A DNA stretch of 64,000 bases from Terriglobales bacterium (GCA_050746125.1 JBOGKX010000052.1:9548-73547); one strand, 5' to 3'; positions 35,887 through 46,957 are shown, numbered from the stretch's first letter. Notes: a model not told the origin generated them from the sequence alone. Made by a program: numbers and translations.

Positions 35887-36810
35887 ATGCCCGACCCCTC
35901 CGCCGAACCGCTCCAGCCGCCGCCCTCGCCGCTGGCCTACGCCAATGCCGCCTTTCTCGAGAGCCCCGAGGCTCGATCGCTGCGCATTCTGGCCGAATAT
36001 TTGGAGCCGCTTTACCGCTTGCGCCGCGAAAACGTGCAAGACACCATCGTGTTTTTCGGCTCGGCGCGCATCAAGAGCCGCGAGGTTGCGCAGGCGGAAT
36101 TGGCGCAGTATTTCAGCGAGTTCGAGCGCCAGAACCGGCTGGCGGCGGAGCGCGAAGGGCGGCCCGGCCCCGACGCCCGCGCCCTCGAGCATGATCGCCA
36201 GCGCGCCCTGGAGCTGTCGCGCTACTACGAGGAGGCGCGCGAGCTGGCCCGTCTGCTGACCCGCTGGGCCGACGGCCTGGCCACGCGGCGGCGCCGCTTC
36301 GTGATCACCTCCGGGGGCGGGCCGGGCATCATGGAAGCCGCCAACCGCGGCGCCCGCGAAGCCGGCGGCAAAACCATCGGCCTCAACATTCAGCTGCCTT
36401 TCGAACAGCACGCCAATCCCTACGTCAGCGAATCGCTGGGCTTCGAGTTCCATTACTTCTTCATGCGCAAGTTTTGGTTCGCCTATCCCGCCAAGGCGCT
36501 CGTCGCCTTTCCCGGCGGCTTCGGCACTCTCGACGAGCTGATGGAAATCCTCACCCTGGCGCAGACGCAAAAGCTCGCCAAGAAGATTTTGGTGCTGCTT
36601 TATGGCAGCAGCTATTGGAAGCAGGTCGTCAACTTCGACGCCCTGGTGGATTGGGGCACGATCGCGCCCGCCGATCTCGAGCTGTTCCGATTCGCCGATA
36701 CGCCGGAAGAGGCTTTTCAATTGCTCAAGACCGACCTGGAGCGCTACTTCCTGCGGCCGCCGGCCGCCGCCGAGGACGAGACCGCGCCCGCCATCTCCCG
36801 CACCCGCTAG
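35887..36810 (+). CDS. LOG-family (TIGR00730) Rossmann-fold nucleotide-binding protein
   Basis: The motifs are VITSGGGPGIMEAANRGA and PGGFGTLDELME. Confidence 0.85.
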   Translation: MPDPSAEPLQPPPSPLAYANAAFLESPEARSLRILAEYLEPLYRLRRENVQDTIVFFGSARIKSREVAQAELAQYFSEFERQNRLAAEREGRPGPDARALEHDRQRALELSRYYEEARELARLLTRWADGLATRRRRFVITSGGGPGIMEAANRGAREAGGKTIGLNIQLPFEQHANPYVSESLGFEFHYFFMRKFWFAYPAKALVAFPGGFGTLDELMEILTLAQTQKLAKKILVLLYGSSYWKQVVNFDALVDWGTIAPADLELFRFADTPEEAFQLLKTDLERYFLRPPAAAEDETAPAISRTR

Positions 36811-36823
36811 CGCCGCCCCGCCC

Positions 36824-39142
36824 TCAGTAGCGCAGCAGATACGAGAGCTTTACGAACACGACGCGGCCGTCATTGAGAAAATTGGGGCCACGCAGCAGCG
36901 GTCCGCCACCGGGCGCGAACGTCAGCGGATTCAGGTAATTCTCGTTGAGGCTGTCGTAGCCCACGTAAACCGCCGTGCCGGGCGTGACCAAATACGTGAA
37001 AAGTCCGTCGAAATCCAGCTGCTTTTCGTAGGGCGAAGCGGTGAGGCCGCTGTCGGGCAGCGAGTTGTGGTATTGCAGAATGAAACGGAACGAGAGGGCG
37101 CGCGTGAACTGATACAGCCACTCGTTGCGCCAGATATTTTCGTTGAAGATGTTTTGCCCGGCTGGCTGCCCGCTGCGCCCGGACGTCAGCAGGCGGTTTT
37201 GCTCGAAAAGATTGGTCACGTCCAATCGCGCCGTGGGGCGCAAGTCCAGCGAGTACTCTTGCAATTGGAAGGAGCCGATGAAGGGAGCCAGCCCGGCGGC
37301 GGGGAAGTAGTTGATGGCGGTGCCGATCTCGTCGCCGCCGGAGAGCTTGAACCAGGTGCTCCAAGGGACGTCGAAGCCGATGACTTGAATGTGGTGGCGA
37401 TAGCCGACGCCTAGAAACCGCTCGAAGCGGTTGTCCACCAGGTACTCGGCATCGATGTTGCGCGGAAACATCACGTACACGCCCGGCTCGATCTCGGTGT
37501 CCTGGACGGCGCCGGCGTGGTCGTAATTGCGGCGCAGGTGCACTTGCGGCTGCAAGAGGGCGAAACGGCGGCGGCCGTAGATATTGCGGTAAATCGTGGC
37601 GTGGACGTCGCGGATGTCGGTGCGAGGGATAAAGCCGAGATCGTCCTGAAAATCGGCGGCGAGATCGTTGTAATTGACGTCGGCCTGCCAGTCCTTGGTC
37701 GCGTAGTCAAGGTCGGCATAGTAGCCGGGAGATCCTACCCGGCGCCGCGGCGGCGGCGCCGCGAACAGGCTCGCCGCCGCCGGGTCTTGCTCGCTGGCGA
37801 GGTCGTGGCCCGCGGTGAAGCTTTCCATGGCCGCTCCGGAGAAGCGCAGCGAGGAACTGAGCCGCAGGCTGGCATCGGCCTGGAATACGTCATTCTCGCG
37901 ATCCATGAAACGCCGCGTGGTCCACAGCGCTCCCAGCGAGGAGTCGTTGAAGATGTCCTCGGTGGCGCGCACCGCGCCGAAATAGGCGCGACGGCCGAAG
38001 CGGGGATCGCCGCTGGCCACCAATTCGCCCGGCCCGCGATCATCGGTCCACAGCAAGCCGAGCGTCGTCTTGCCCTGCTTGCCGGTGAGCCGGCCGCCGT
38101 ATTCCGGGTCGAGAATGCGGCGGCTGAAGAACAATTGGTTGCCGGGCACGTTGAAGATGTCGGAGCGCTCTTGAAAAAACGGGCGCTTCTCGGGATACAC
38201 CACCTCGAAGCGCTGATTGGTCGTCGGCAGCGGACTGTCGCTCTCGACTTCGCTGAAATCCGGGTTCAGCGTCAGGTCGAGGTTCATGTCGCTTAAAAAC
38301 GTGTATTTCGTGTCGAGTCCGTAGCGCTGCTGGAGGCGATGGTCCACGAATTGCCCGGTGGCGGCGTCGAGCGAATGGTTGGCCCGAAAGCTGGCGTAGG
38401 GGATGAACTCGAGATTGTGCGGCGCCTCGATGCCGCGCAGGTCGTTGAGAGTGCCCTCCTGGCGCAGCAAGCCGTTGATCTTGCGCGTGACGCGGGGCCA
38501 ATAGCTGAGTTCGCCGTTACGATAAACGTAGCGAAAGAGAAGCACGCCCCACGATTGCACCGGCCGATGAGGGAAGCGCAGGCTGCTGAATGGAATGGCG
38601 ATCGCCACGCGATAACCGTGCGCGGTGCGAGCCACGGCGGAGTGCCAGTTGGTATCATAGGTATAATCCGCAGCCTGCAAGTCGTAAGAAATGGAAGCTT
38701 GCTGGGAATCAATCATCTCCTGGCTCAATAACCCGTCTTGCTGCTGTCCGCCGGCATCGACCATGAAAACGGTGGCGCGGCGGTGGTCGTTTTCTGGATC
38801 GAGGATCAGGCCCACATAATCGTCGTTGAGGACGTCGTCGCGGCGCGTGAGCTGGGCGCGAATGGCGTTCGGACGCGAGTCTTGGCAATCGAAAACCGCG
38901 TAAAAATCGTGATTGTCGTAGGCCAAAAAGGCGCGCGTGGGCTGAGAAGCGGGCGGGCCTTCGCGGGGATTGTGCTGGATAAAGCCTTGAACGGAAACGA
39001 ATCCCGGCGGAGAGCCGGTGCGCAGCAAGGCCGGCAGCGAGATCGCCCGGGAAACCTTAGGAATGACAACGCCGCGAGGAGGGGGAATGGCACCGGCAAT
39101 CAAACTCAGCGCCAGTGAAACAATAGTATATCTTATCCCCAT
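36824..39142 (-). CDS. DUF5916 / carbohydrate-binding family 9-like outer-membrane protein
   Basis: 772 aa. After the signal peptide, an N-terminal CBM9-like segment (FLAYDNHDFYAVFDCQD...DDYVGLILDPENDHR) is followed by a long beta-rich region. Confidence 0.65.
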   Translation of the reverse strand: MGIRYTIVSLALSLIAGAIPPPRGVVIPKVSRAISLPALLRTGSPPGFVSVQGFIQHNPREGPPASQPTRAFLAYDNHDFYAVFDCQDSRPNAIRAQLTRRDDVLNDDYVGLILDPENDHRRATVFMVDAGGQQQDGLLSQEMIDSQQASISYDLQAADYTYDTNWHSAVARTAHGYRVAIAIPFSSLRFPHRPVQSWGVLLFRYVYRNGELSYWPRVTRKINGLLRQEGTLNDLRGIEAPHNLEFIPYASFRANHSLDAATGQFVDHRLQQRYGLDTKYTFLSDMNLDLTLNPDFSEVESDSPLPTTNQRFEVVYPEKRPFFQERSDIFNVPGNQLFFSRRILDPEYGGRLTGKQGKTTLGLLWTDDRGPGELVASGDPRFGRRAYFGAVRATEDIFNDSSLGALWTTRRFMDRENDVFQADASLRLSSSLRFSGAAMESFTAGHDLASEQDPAAASLFAAPPPRRRVGSPGYYADLDYATKDWQADVNYNDLAADFQDDLGFIPRTDIRDVHATIYRNIYGRRRFALLQPQVHLRRNYDHAGAVQDTEIEPGVYVMFPRNIDAEYLVDNRFERFLGVGYRHHIQVIGFDVPWSTWFKLSGGDEIGTAINYFPAAGLAPFIGSFQLQEYSLDLRPTARLDVTNLFEQNRLLTSGRSGQPAGQNIFNENIWRNEWLYQFTRALSFRFILQYHNSLPDSGLTASPYEKQLDFDGLFTYLVTPGTAVYVGYDSLNENYLNPLTFAPGGGPLLRGPNFLNDGRVVFVKLSYLLRY

Positions 39143-39433
39143 TCGTCACGTCGGGCCAGGAAATGACCAGACTATACCCGCCCCAAAAGGATAAGGCAAG
39201 TGCTGACTATCGTCCTTGTCCAGCCCCATGACCTATCGGCCAGTTTCCTAATGGACCGCCGAGTGAGGGCGGCCGCGTAGACCCAAACTGAACTGGGCGC
39301 CGTCAGCTTTTTCCGCCAGGCGTAAGACCTTTTCCCCCCTGCCATCTTCCAATCCGAAGCCACCCCGAGCCGCGGGCCGCGGGCGGCCGGGCGTCGCACG
39401 GCGCCGCGAAGACTTCGATAGAGGAGGCGATCA

Positions 39434-40150
39434 ATGCGAGATAACCCCAAATTGCGGGCTGCCGTACTGGAAGCCCTGTGGCGGAATCCAGTCTTGGGCC
39501 TGGCGGTATTCGAAAGCGGGCAAACGATTTTGCGCGATGCCAATAACGCGTTCTTGGAGCTGTTGGATAGTCGCTTTCGCACCAAAAAGACGCTCGGCAC
39601 GCCGATCGAGCAGTGCTGGCTGGATTTCACCAGCAGCGGCCTGCCCGATGCCTTCCAACGGGTGCAGGCGTCGGGCGTGGCATTCCATGCCGAAAACCTC
39701 AAGCTGAATCGCAGCCAACTGGGACCGACCACGCTGAGTTGCACGGTGCTGCCGCTGCTCGGCGGCGGCGACGAAAAGAGCGAAGAAGCGCCGCAAGGGG
39801 TGTTGTTGATGGCCATGGAGCGCGCCGCCGCCGCCCCCTCGCCGGAGCAGATGAGTTTGCTCAATCAGCAAACGCGGCACGCCCTGGGGCAACAGTATCG
39901 CCTCAGCGCGCGCGAGATCGACATTATCTCCGAGTGTTTGCAGGGCAAAAAAAATCGGCAAATCGCGCAGGATCTGCACATCGGCATCTCGACGGTGAAA
40001 CGCCATCTGGAGAGCGCTTACCGCAAGATGGGCATTACCAGTTCGCGCTCTCTGCCGATGGCGATCCTGGGCGTGGTGCGCGCGCTGCCGTCCGGCGGGC
40101 CGGAATCCGAGCCGGCTGCCGTCAGCCAGCGCTCCTCGCAGGCGGCTTAG
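39434..40150 (+). CDS. LuxR-family transcriptional regulator with N-terminal PAS-like sensor
   Basis: The C-terminal HTH reads LSAREIDIISECLQGKKNRQIAQDLHIGISTVKRHLESAYRKMG. Confidence 0.8.
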   Translation: MRDNPKLRAAVLEALWRNPVLGLAVFESGQTILRDANNAFLELLDSRFRTKKTLGTPIEQCWLDFTSSGLPDAFQRVQASGVAFHAENLKLNRSQLGPTTLSCTVLPLLGGGDEKSEEAPQGVLLMAMERAAAAPSPEQMSLLNQQTRHALGQQYRLSAREIDIISECLQGKKNRQIAQDLHIGISTVKRHLESAYRKMGITSSRSLPMAILGVVRALPSGGPESEPAAVSQRSSQAA

Positions 40151-40278
40151 CGCCAGCGGGCGCTCCGAAGCGCTCTTGTCACGGGGCTAACGGCGAGTCC
40201 GAAGGGCCAATTTCCATCTACAATGGAGTCTGCGCTCGCGGCCCACTTCGTCCTGACGAGAACGAAAGGAGTGTCCCG

Positions 40279-40890
40279 TTGAAAGCTCATCGACTCATCG
40301 CAGTGCTGACCTGCATCCTGGCGCTCGGCAGTTGGAGTGCGGCGCAATCGGTGGACGCCTTTTTTGGCTTCAATACGCTGACCGCCAACCGCAACGACAT
40401 GTTTCCCTACATGGGCGGCGGCTTTTTCCCTAGCGTGGGCGGCGACCTCATTCTCTTCAACGCGCCCTTTTTGGGGGCTTGGGGCGTGGGCGGCGAGGTG
40501 GCCTGGCGCGGCAAGCAAATGGTTTATCTGTCGCAGAACGGCTTCGAGGCGCCGGTGCGCCCGATTCTCTATGATTTCAACCTGGTCTGGGAGCCGATCA
40601 GCCTGCCGCGCATTACCCCAGTGATCGAGTTGGGTTTCGGCGCGGAAAGCTTGCGTGTCTATTCGCCCACGTTCACCTGCAGCGCCTTTTCCGGCTGCAC
40701 CAACTACCAAAGTTCGAACCATCTGATGGGCCACCTTGGGGTCGGTGTGCGCTTGTACTTGACCGATCATATTTTTCTTCAGCCCGATGCCCATCTGTAC
40801 GTCATTCGCCACAACCTAGAATTCCAAGTGCCCAACGCGCGCCGCTTTGGCATCGCCATCGGCTACACGCTTCGCGCCTCGCCGATGTAA
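40279..40890 (+). CDS. small outer-membrane beta-barrel protein (hypothetical)
   Basis: TTG start with AAGGAG 8 nt upstream. The signal peptide LKAHRLIAVLTCILALGSWSAAQ is followed by alternating beta-strand patterning. Confidence 0.55.
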   Translation: MKAHRLIAVLTCILALGSWSAAQSVDAFFGFNTLTANRNDMFPYMGGGFFPSVGGDLILFNAPFLGAWGVGGEVAWRGKQMVYLSQNGFEAPVRPILYDFNLVWEPISLPRITPVIELGFGAESLRVYSPTFTCSAFSGCTNYQSSNHLMGHLGVGVRLYLTDHIFLQPDAHLYVIRHNLEFQVPNARRFGIAIGYTLRASPM

Positions 40891-41034
40891 TCGGCGCGCG
40901 GCGCGGGATTCTCGGGATCAAACGCACCGTGAATCTGGATTTCCCTTGCGAGCCGGCGAGCCGCGGTGGGAGGATGAGGCCAACGGGGTTTCCCAGGCGG
41001 CAACGCGCATGTGGAGCCGTGCCGGAGGTAAGCG

Positions 41035-41205
41035 ATGATTTACAAATTGTGTGCCGTTTGCCAGCGCTACTTCGTCGGCGAGTTGAACGGAAGCTACGTC
41101 TGCCCGCAGTGCCGCGATTCCCAGCAAAGGGTAGCTTCGGCGCCGCCGGGGGTTTTCCAGCCGGCGCCGCCTCCACGGGCGCCTACCCCCTCTCGCGCCG
41201 CATGA
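41035..41205 (+). CDS. 56-aa Cys4 zinc-ribbon protein (below the ORF-track size cut-off)
   Basis: GGAGGT lies 5 nt upstream of the ATG. The protein is MIYKLCAVCQRYFVGELNGSYVCPQCRDSQQ.. followed by a proline-rich tail. Its stop is 1 nt before the next ATG. Confidence 0.5.
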   Translation: MIYKLCAVCQRYFVGELNGSYVCPQCRDSQQRVASAPPGVFQPAPPPRAPTPSRAA

Positions 41206-41206
41206 G

Positions 41207-41632
41207 ATGGCCTCGATGGCGGCCCTAATTGCCGCCGCCGCGGAGCCTGAGTTGCGTGCCGCCGGCCTCGAGTTGTGCCGCGCTGGCGAGTCGGTGTTGA
41301 TTCTCGGCCCTTTCGTCATCGACGGGCCGCGGCCCTTTCAGGCGTGCGGAGCTGCCGCGGAAAGCGCGTGGGAGGACGGGTTCGTACCTACCTTGGCATG
41401 GCGCCCGGAAGCGCCGGCGCCGGCGTGGCTTGATGGAGCGGATTTCGAGCGCGTTCTCCTCTTGGTCGCCGACCTCGATCGCCTGTCCCCGCTGGAAACG
41501 GCGCTTCTCGACACGCTTTGGGCCGCCGGTTGCGACGCCGTCGACCTGGCGCCGCTAGAGGCGGCCGCCAGCCTAGGCCAAAGTTGGACTAGCGGGCGGC
41601 GAGTCGGGCGCCGCCTTCTGCATCCCGCCTAA
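41207..41632 (+). CDS. hypothetical protein (141 aa)
   Basis: An ATG ORF tightly coupled to the zinc-ribbon ORF. I recognise no motif. Confidence 0.45.
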   Translation: MASMAALIAAAAEPELRAAGLELCRAGESVLILGPFVIDGPRPFQACGAAAESAWEDGFVPTLAWRPEAPAPAWLDGADFERVLLLVADLDRLSPLETALLDTLWAAGCDAVDLAPLEAAASLGQSWTSGRRVGRRLLHPA

Positions 41633-41679
41633 CACCCTGCAACGCTACGAGCTGGCGCGCAAGCGGCGTGCCATGAGCT

Positions 41680-42591
41680 ATGCTGCCAGGCGTGTTGTTC
41701 TCACGCCGCAAATTTGTGAACGTCACCGCACGTGCCGGCCTTGCCGCCGGCTTGTTTCGGCCGCTGGCAGCGGCGGCGCGCCGCGGTCAAATCCAGATCG
41801 GCGTCTGCGCCGCTACAAGTCATTTCGACGACATCGTGCGCTACGGCTTCGATTACCTGGAACCGGCGGCTGCGGCGATTGCCGCGATGGACGAGACCAC
41901 CTACCAGGCATTCAAATCGCGCGTGCTGGCCTCACCGGTCCGTTGCGAGGCGTTCAATAGCTTTCTCCGCCGCCCCGATCTCAAGGTGGTGGGAGACGAC
42001 GTGCGAAGGCTGGATCTCATCGGTTACCTGGAGGCGGATTTGCAGCGCTGCGCCGAATTGGGCGGGCAGGTGGTGGTGTGGGGCAGCGCGCGATCGCGCA
42101 ACGTGCCACCGGGCTTTTCGCGCGCTCGCGCCTGGAACCAGATCGTCGAGTTTCTGCATATGGCCGGCGATATCGCCCAACCCAAGGGCCTGGTGGTGGC
42201 CATCGAGCCGCTGCGCTCGCAGGAGAGCAACATCCTCAACACCGGCGCCGAAGCGCTGCGCATGGTGCGCCAGGTCGCTCATCCCAACGTCAAAATGATC
42301 ATCGACTACTTTCATCTGAGCCAGGAACACGAATCCCCGGAAATTCTCTGGGAGGCGCGCAAAGAGATCGTGCATTTCCATTTCGCCAATCCCCACGGTC
42401 GGGTCTGGCCGCGCAGTCCCGGGGAGGACGCGGGCTACGCGCCGTTCTTTGCGCAGCTGCGCAAATTGATCATCAAGACTCACTGGCGCGGCGGCCTCTC
42501 GATCGAAGCGCGGGGCACTTTCGCCCAGGACGCCGCCGCCAGCCTGGCCTTTTTTCACCAAGAACTCGGAGCTGTCGCAGCGATCCGCTAG
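41680..42591 (+). CDS. sugar phosphate isomerase/epimerase (xylose isomerase-like TIM barrel), Tat signal
   Basis: The twin-arginine N-terminus is FSRRKFVNVTARAGLAAG. The body has an AP_endonuc_2-like pattern (IEPLRSQESNILNT...DYFHL). Confidence 0.75.
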   Translation: MLPGVLFSRRKFVNVTARAGLAAGLFRPLAAAARRGQIQIGVCAATSHFDDIVRYGFDYLEPAAAAIAAMDETTYQAFKSRVLASPVRCEAFNSFLRRPDLKVVGDDVRRLDLIGYLEADLQRCAELGGQVVVWGSARSRNVPPGFSRARAWNQIVEFLHMAGDIAQPKGLVVAIEPLRSQESNILNTGAEALRMVRQVAHPNVKMIIDYFHLSQEHESPEILWEARKEIVHFHFANPHGRVWPRSPGEDAGYAPFFAQLRKLIIKTHWRGGLSIEARGTFAQDAAASLAFFHQELGAVAAIR

Positions 42592-42825
42592 GCATCGGCA
42601 GTGCCCTGGGGGCCCAAGCCTCGGCCCGCGACGAGGGAGCCCGCGCGCCCCCCGTCCCTGAGTGGCACTGATTCGCCTGGGCGCCCACTCCCAAAAGAAC
42701 CCCCCATCGTCCCCGTCGCTAAGGCCCGGCGAATTTTTCTCTTGACAAGATTGGGAAAGTTAACAAAATTGTCTGCTGAACTATACCGAAAAGCACAGAA
42801 AGCTTTTTCTGTGGTGAGGAAACTC

Positions 42826-45800
42826 ATGCGGTCCGTCAAATCACTCGCGATTGTCGCCATCTTCGCTCTTTTGCCTCTGGTAGCCACCGCCCAAGACGTC
42901 TCGTCGGGAACCATTACCGGCCAGATCACTGACCCGAGCGGCGCCGTGGTGCCCGGCGCGCTGGTGACCATTTTGGAGGCGGCTACGAACGCCAGGCAGA
43001 CCCGAACCACCAATGGGAAGGGCATCTTCTTTTTCAGCGAAGTCAAGCCCGGAATGTACAGTGTCACGGTGACCGCGCAAGGGTTCCGGAAAACGACCAT
43101 CCCGCAACAACAGGTGCTAATCGGCAAGCAGGTCACGCTCAACCTCACGGTCGCGGTGGGAGCCTCGACGCAGGAGGTACAGGTCACTTCCGCGGCCGGC
43201 GCGCAACTCCAGACGCTGAACGCCACCATGGGCACGACGCTGAGCGGCAATATCCTGCTCAATTTGCCCAATCAGAATCGCGATGCCACCAGCCTGCTGG
43301 TTTTCCAGCCGGCCACCGCTCCGACTTTTGGCGGCGCCGAGGGCAACACCACCGGCGGTGAGGTGGCTGGGGCCATGGCGGATCAGAATACGTTCACGCT
43401 CGACGGCGGCAACGCCACCGACGATCTGGCGGGCGACAACGGTTATGTGCAAGGGAACCGCGGCTATGTCGGTCCGCAAGCCGCGATCCCCACCCCGGTC
43501 GAAAGCATTCAGGAATTCACCATCAACACCAACAACCAGACCGCCAACTTCGGCACCTCCGACGGCGCTCAGGTTTTGATGCTCACCAAGCGCGGTACCG
43601 AGCACTTCCATGGCTCCGCCTACGACTATTTCCAAGGCGATTGGCTGAACGCCAACGGCTGGAATAACAATGTGGTGGGAGCGCCGCGAATCAAGCAGCA
43701 CCAAAACCGCTTTGGCGCTTCTCTCGGCGGCGTGCTGGTTCCGGGCCAGCACTGGGGCGGCAAGACCTACTTTTATACTCTTTACGAAGGGCGCCGTTAT
43801 CCCTATGCCAATGGCCGCTTCGAGAAGACGGTGCCGTCGGATACGCTGCGGCAAGGCATTCTCATCTTCCGCGACGCCAATGGCAACCCGCAGCAATATA
43901 ATCTCAAGGACTTCGATCCGCGCGGCATCGGCCTGGATCCGCTGATCTCGCAGTTTTGGAACAAATACGAGCCGGAGCCGAACGATTGCGCCAATCACGG
44001 TGATCACCTCAACACTTGCGGCTACTTTGCACCGTTGTCCTTGCCCATTAGCGACAACTTCGCCGTGTCGCGGCTGGATCACGACTTCGGCGCCAATTGG
44101 CATTTCACCGGCACTTTCCGCTTCTACAAATTAGTCCAGCCCTCCACCAACCAGGTGGATATCGGCGGGCTGCTGCCCGGTGACACGAAAGGCATTCCCA
44201 GCTCTCACTCCGGGAACCCGCAACAGCCTCGTTATCTCACTCTGAGCATCACCGGCGCCATGACGCCGACCTTGTCCAACGCCTTCCACGTCAGCTATTT
44301 GCGCAACGACTGGAACTGGATTCGGGCGGGCGTGCCGAACGGCATTATGGGCGTGCCCGGCGGCCTCGAGATCGGCGGCGAAACCTCACAGCCGCTGGCG
44401 CCCATGAATTTCGACACCCAGAACGCGCGCTTCCGCACTTGGCGCGGCCACGATTGGACCTACGCCGATACCGCTAGCTGGGTGAAGGGCAACCACTACA
44501 TTCAGTTTGGCGGACAGTTCACCCACTGGTGGGACAACCACCTTCGCCCCGATAACGTGACCGGCTCATTGTCGCAGTTGGTTTACCAGATCAACAAGGG
44601 CCATGGGCTGGTCATGAGCTCCGCCTATCGGCCCTCCAACCTGCCCAGCTCGGAAAACGGCTCCTGGGACAGCTTGTATTCGGAGGGGTTGGGCTTCGTG
44701 GGCACGGCCTCGCAACTCTTTGTGCGCGGCGGCACGGATTTTCACCTCACCGGCGCTTCCTACTTGCAAGACACTTCGATCACGGATCAGTACAACCTGT
44801 TCGCCACTGACACCTATAAACTTACTCCCAGCCTAACGCTCAGCTATGGATTGGAATGGGGGGTCCAGATGCCCCCCTACGAGGTCAATGGCGTGCAAGA
44901 TGTCCTGACCGATTCGTCCGGCCAGCCGATTTCATACAATCAGTACGAACAAAATGTTGTCAGCAACGCGGAGGCCGGCAAGGTCTATAACCCGCCGCTC
45001 GGCTTCATGCCCATTCGGGCCGTGCCGGGCCATCCCAAATACCCCTTCCAGACTTTCTATAAAGGCTTCTCCCCGCGCTTTTCCGTAGCTTGGAATCCCA
45101 CGGTCAACTCCGGCCCCATGGGCTGGCTCTTCGGCGGCTCGAATACGGTTCTCCGCGCCGGCTACGCGCGTCTCTACGATCGCAGCAATGCCGTCGGCTT
45201 GGTCATGACGCCGCTGCTCGGCTACGGCTTCGGCCAGCCGATCCGTTGCACCGGGGCGGGCACCAATGGCCAGTGCAAATGGGACTTCCTCGACAGATCC
45301 CACCAATGCCTTCCGCATCGGCGTGGATGGCAACACGGCGCCCTTTCCGGCCGTATCTCAGACGCTGCCCGTCCCCGCCGAGCCAGGCATCAACACGCCA
45401 TCCGCTTCCGTGCTCTTCGGCTTGGATAGCAAGTGGCGGCCGGGGGTAAACGACCAATTCGATTTCAGCATTCAGCGCCAACTGCCAAACCAAACCGTCT
45501 TGGAAGTCGGCTACATCGGCCGCTGGGCGCGCCATCTCTTCCTAGGCATGGATGCCAACGCCGTCCCCACCATGCTCAAGCTGGGCGGGCAAACCTTCGC
45601 GCAGGCCTATTATTCGCTGTGGCAGGCGAATCAAGCCGGCACGGCGCCCACCGCCGTCGCGCCGGCGCCGTTCTTCGAGACGGCGCTGGGCTCCGGGTAT
45701 GTTGGCAGCTACAACGCCGCCGCCAACAAGTACAACACGAAAAATGCCGGCAGTGCCGGCTTCGTTCCCGCGCCGACCTGCGCCACGGCCACCTGCGCCG

Positions 45801-46786
45801 TTTTGGCCAGCGAGGGCGGGGGCCCGCTCGGAACCAACAATATCGGCACGGAAAACCCCTTTGGCATGTTCACGGACATGGATGGCAGTTGGGGTTTTCC
45901 GGGCTGCAGCGGTTGTTCGATACTGCCCAGCGACACCCAAGCCGCGGCCCTCGACATGAGCACCACGAACGGGTATTCGAACTACCAGGCGGCGATTATC
46001 AGCGTGCAAAAGCGCGCCGGCCAAGGGCTAACCCTGAGCGGCAACTTTACCTGGTCGCATTCGCTCAACACGATTGGCATCAACCAGGAGTACGTCGAGG
46101 CCAGCCCCAACAACATCCACGATCTCAGTTCTGACTACGGTCCGGCGCCCTGGGATCGCCGTTTCGTCGTGAATCTGCTCGCCAGCTATGAGCTGCCATT
46201 CGGGCACGGGCAGCGTTTTTCGGTTGGCAACGGCATCTTGGATCGCTTGATCGGCGGGTGGCAGTTTGCGCCGCTCTTTACCTGGGCTACCGGCATCCCG
46301 ATCGAAACCTACACCGGCTCTTGCGACGAATTTGGGGCGGGGAATATTCCGTGGTGCTCGGGCGCCGTACCCCTGGCCGGCGCTATGTCCGCTGGAACCA
46401 CGCCGCACATGAACGTGCAAACGACGGATAACATCGGCTCCAACAACGACGTGAAAAACGGCGGCACCGGCGGCAACCTCTTCTCCAACCCCTCGGCTGT
46501 CTATAAGGAATACCGCGCCGCCCTGCTTGGGTTGGACACCAACTCCTACGACCTCGGGCCGTTCCACGGCCAGCATCGGTGGGATTTAAGTTTTGACCTC
46601 GCCAAGGACACGCGCATCACCGAGAGCCAGGGCATTACCATCTCGGCCCAGTTCCTCAATGCGTTCAATCACATGATGTACAACGATCCTTCGATGAACC
46701 TGCAAGGCCCTGGCGATTGGGGAACGCTGACCAGTCAGTACAACAATCCCCGCGTGATCGAGCTCGGGCTTCGCTATCACTTCTAG
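42826..46786 (+). pseudogene. giant CarboxypepD_reg/TonB-dependent-receptor-like outer-membrane protein, interrupted by a +1 frameshift
   Basis: Two ORFs (42826..45429 and 45266..46786) read as one protein. It has a signal peptide, a SGTITGQITDPSGAVVPGALV carboxypeptidase-regulatory domain and a C-terminal ..ELGLRYHF. Deleting one A from the AAA at 45277-45279 restores ..GQCNGTSSTDPTNAFRIGVDG.. Confidence 0.8.
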
Positions 46787-46806
46787 CGCACCGCTAGCTT
46801 GGCAGA

Positions 46807-46829
46807 GGGCCCCCGACCTTCGGGGGCCC
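46807..46829 (+). terminator. strong GC hairpin after the giant OMP gene
   Basis: GGGCCCCCG(A) pairs with (T)CGGGGGCCC around a 3-5 nt loop, 20 nt after the stop. No U-tract follows. Confidence 0.45.
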
Positions 46830-46891
46830 GCCGCGGCGGCGGACACCAGAAACTTTCGAAGAGGCGGCCGCCTGCTAGCCGTTCAGCGCCA

Positions 46892-46918
46892 GGTTCAGCG
46901 GAGTTGACTCGAATTCAG
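46892..46918 (-). repeat. degenerate copy of the tRNA-Lys 3' half (possible old att remnant)
   Basis: The minus strand reads CTGAATTCGAGTCAACTCCGCTGAACC against the tRNA T-arm/acceptor sequence CTGGGTTCGAGTCCCAGCCGCCTCACC. This is 18/27 identity, including TTCGAGTC, in the same orientation. Confidence 0.3.
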
Positions 46919-46957
46919 TGTCCTGCGGTCGGCGGACCGGCCCGGGGGAATTGAACT

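Noticed and set aside
39172-39864. 230-aa minus-strand ORF
   Set aside because: It is antisense to the LuxR-family gene and the divergent promoter region, with Ser/Arg-rich composition and no start context.
45277-45279. Programmed +1 ribosomal frameshift in the giant OMP
   Set aside because: No known +1 shift context (such as a rare codon or a stimulatory element) is evident. A one-base homopolymer error or mutation is the simpler explanation, so it is kept only as a frameshift finding.
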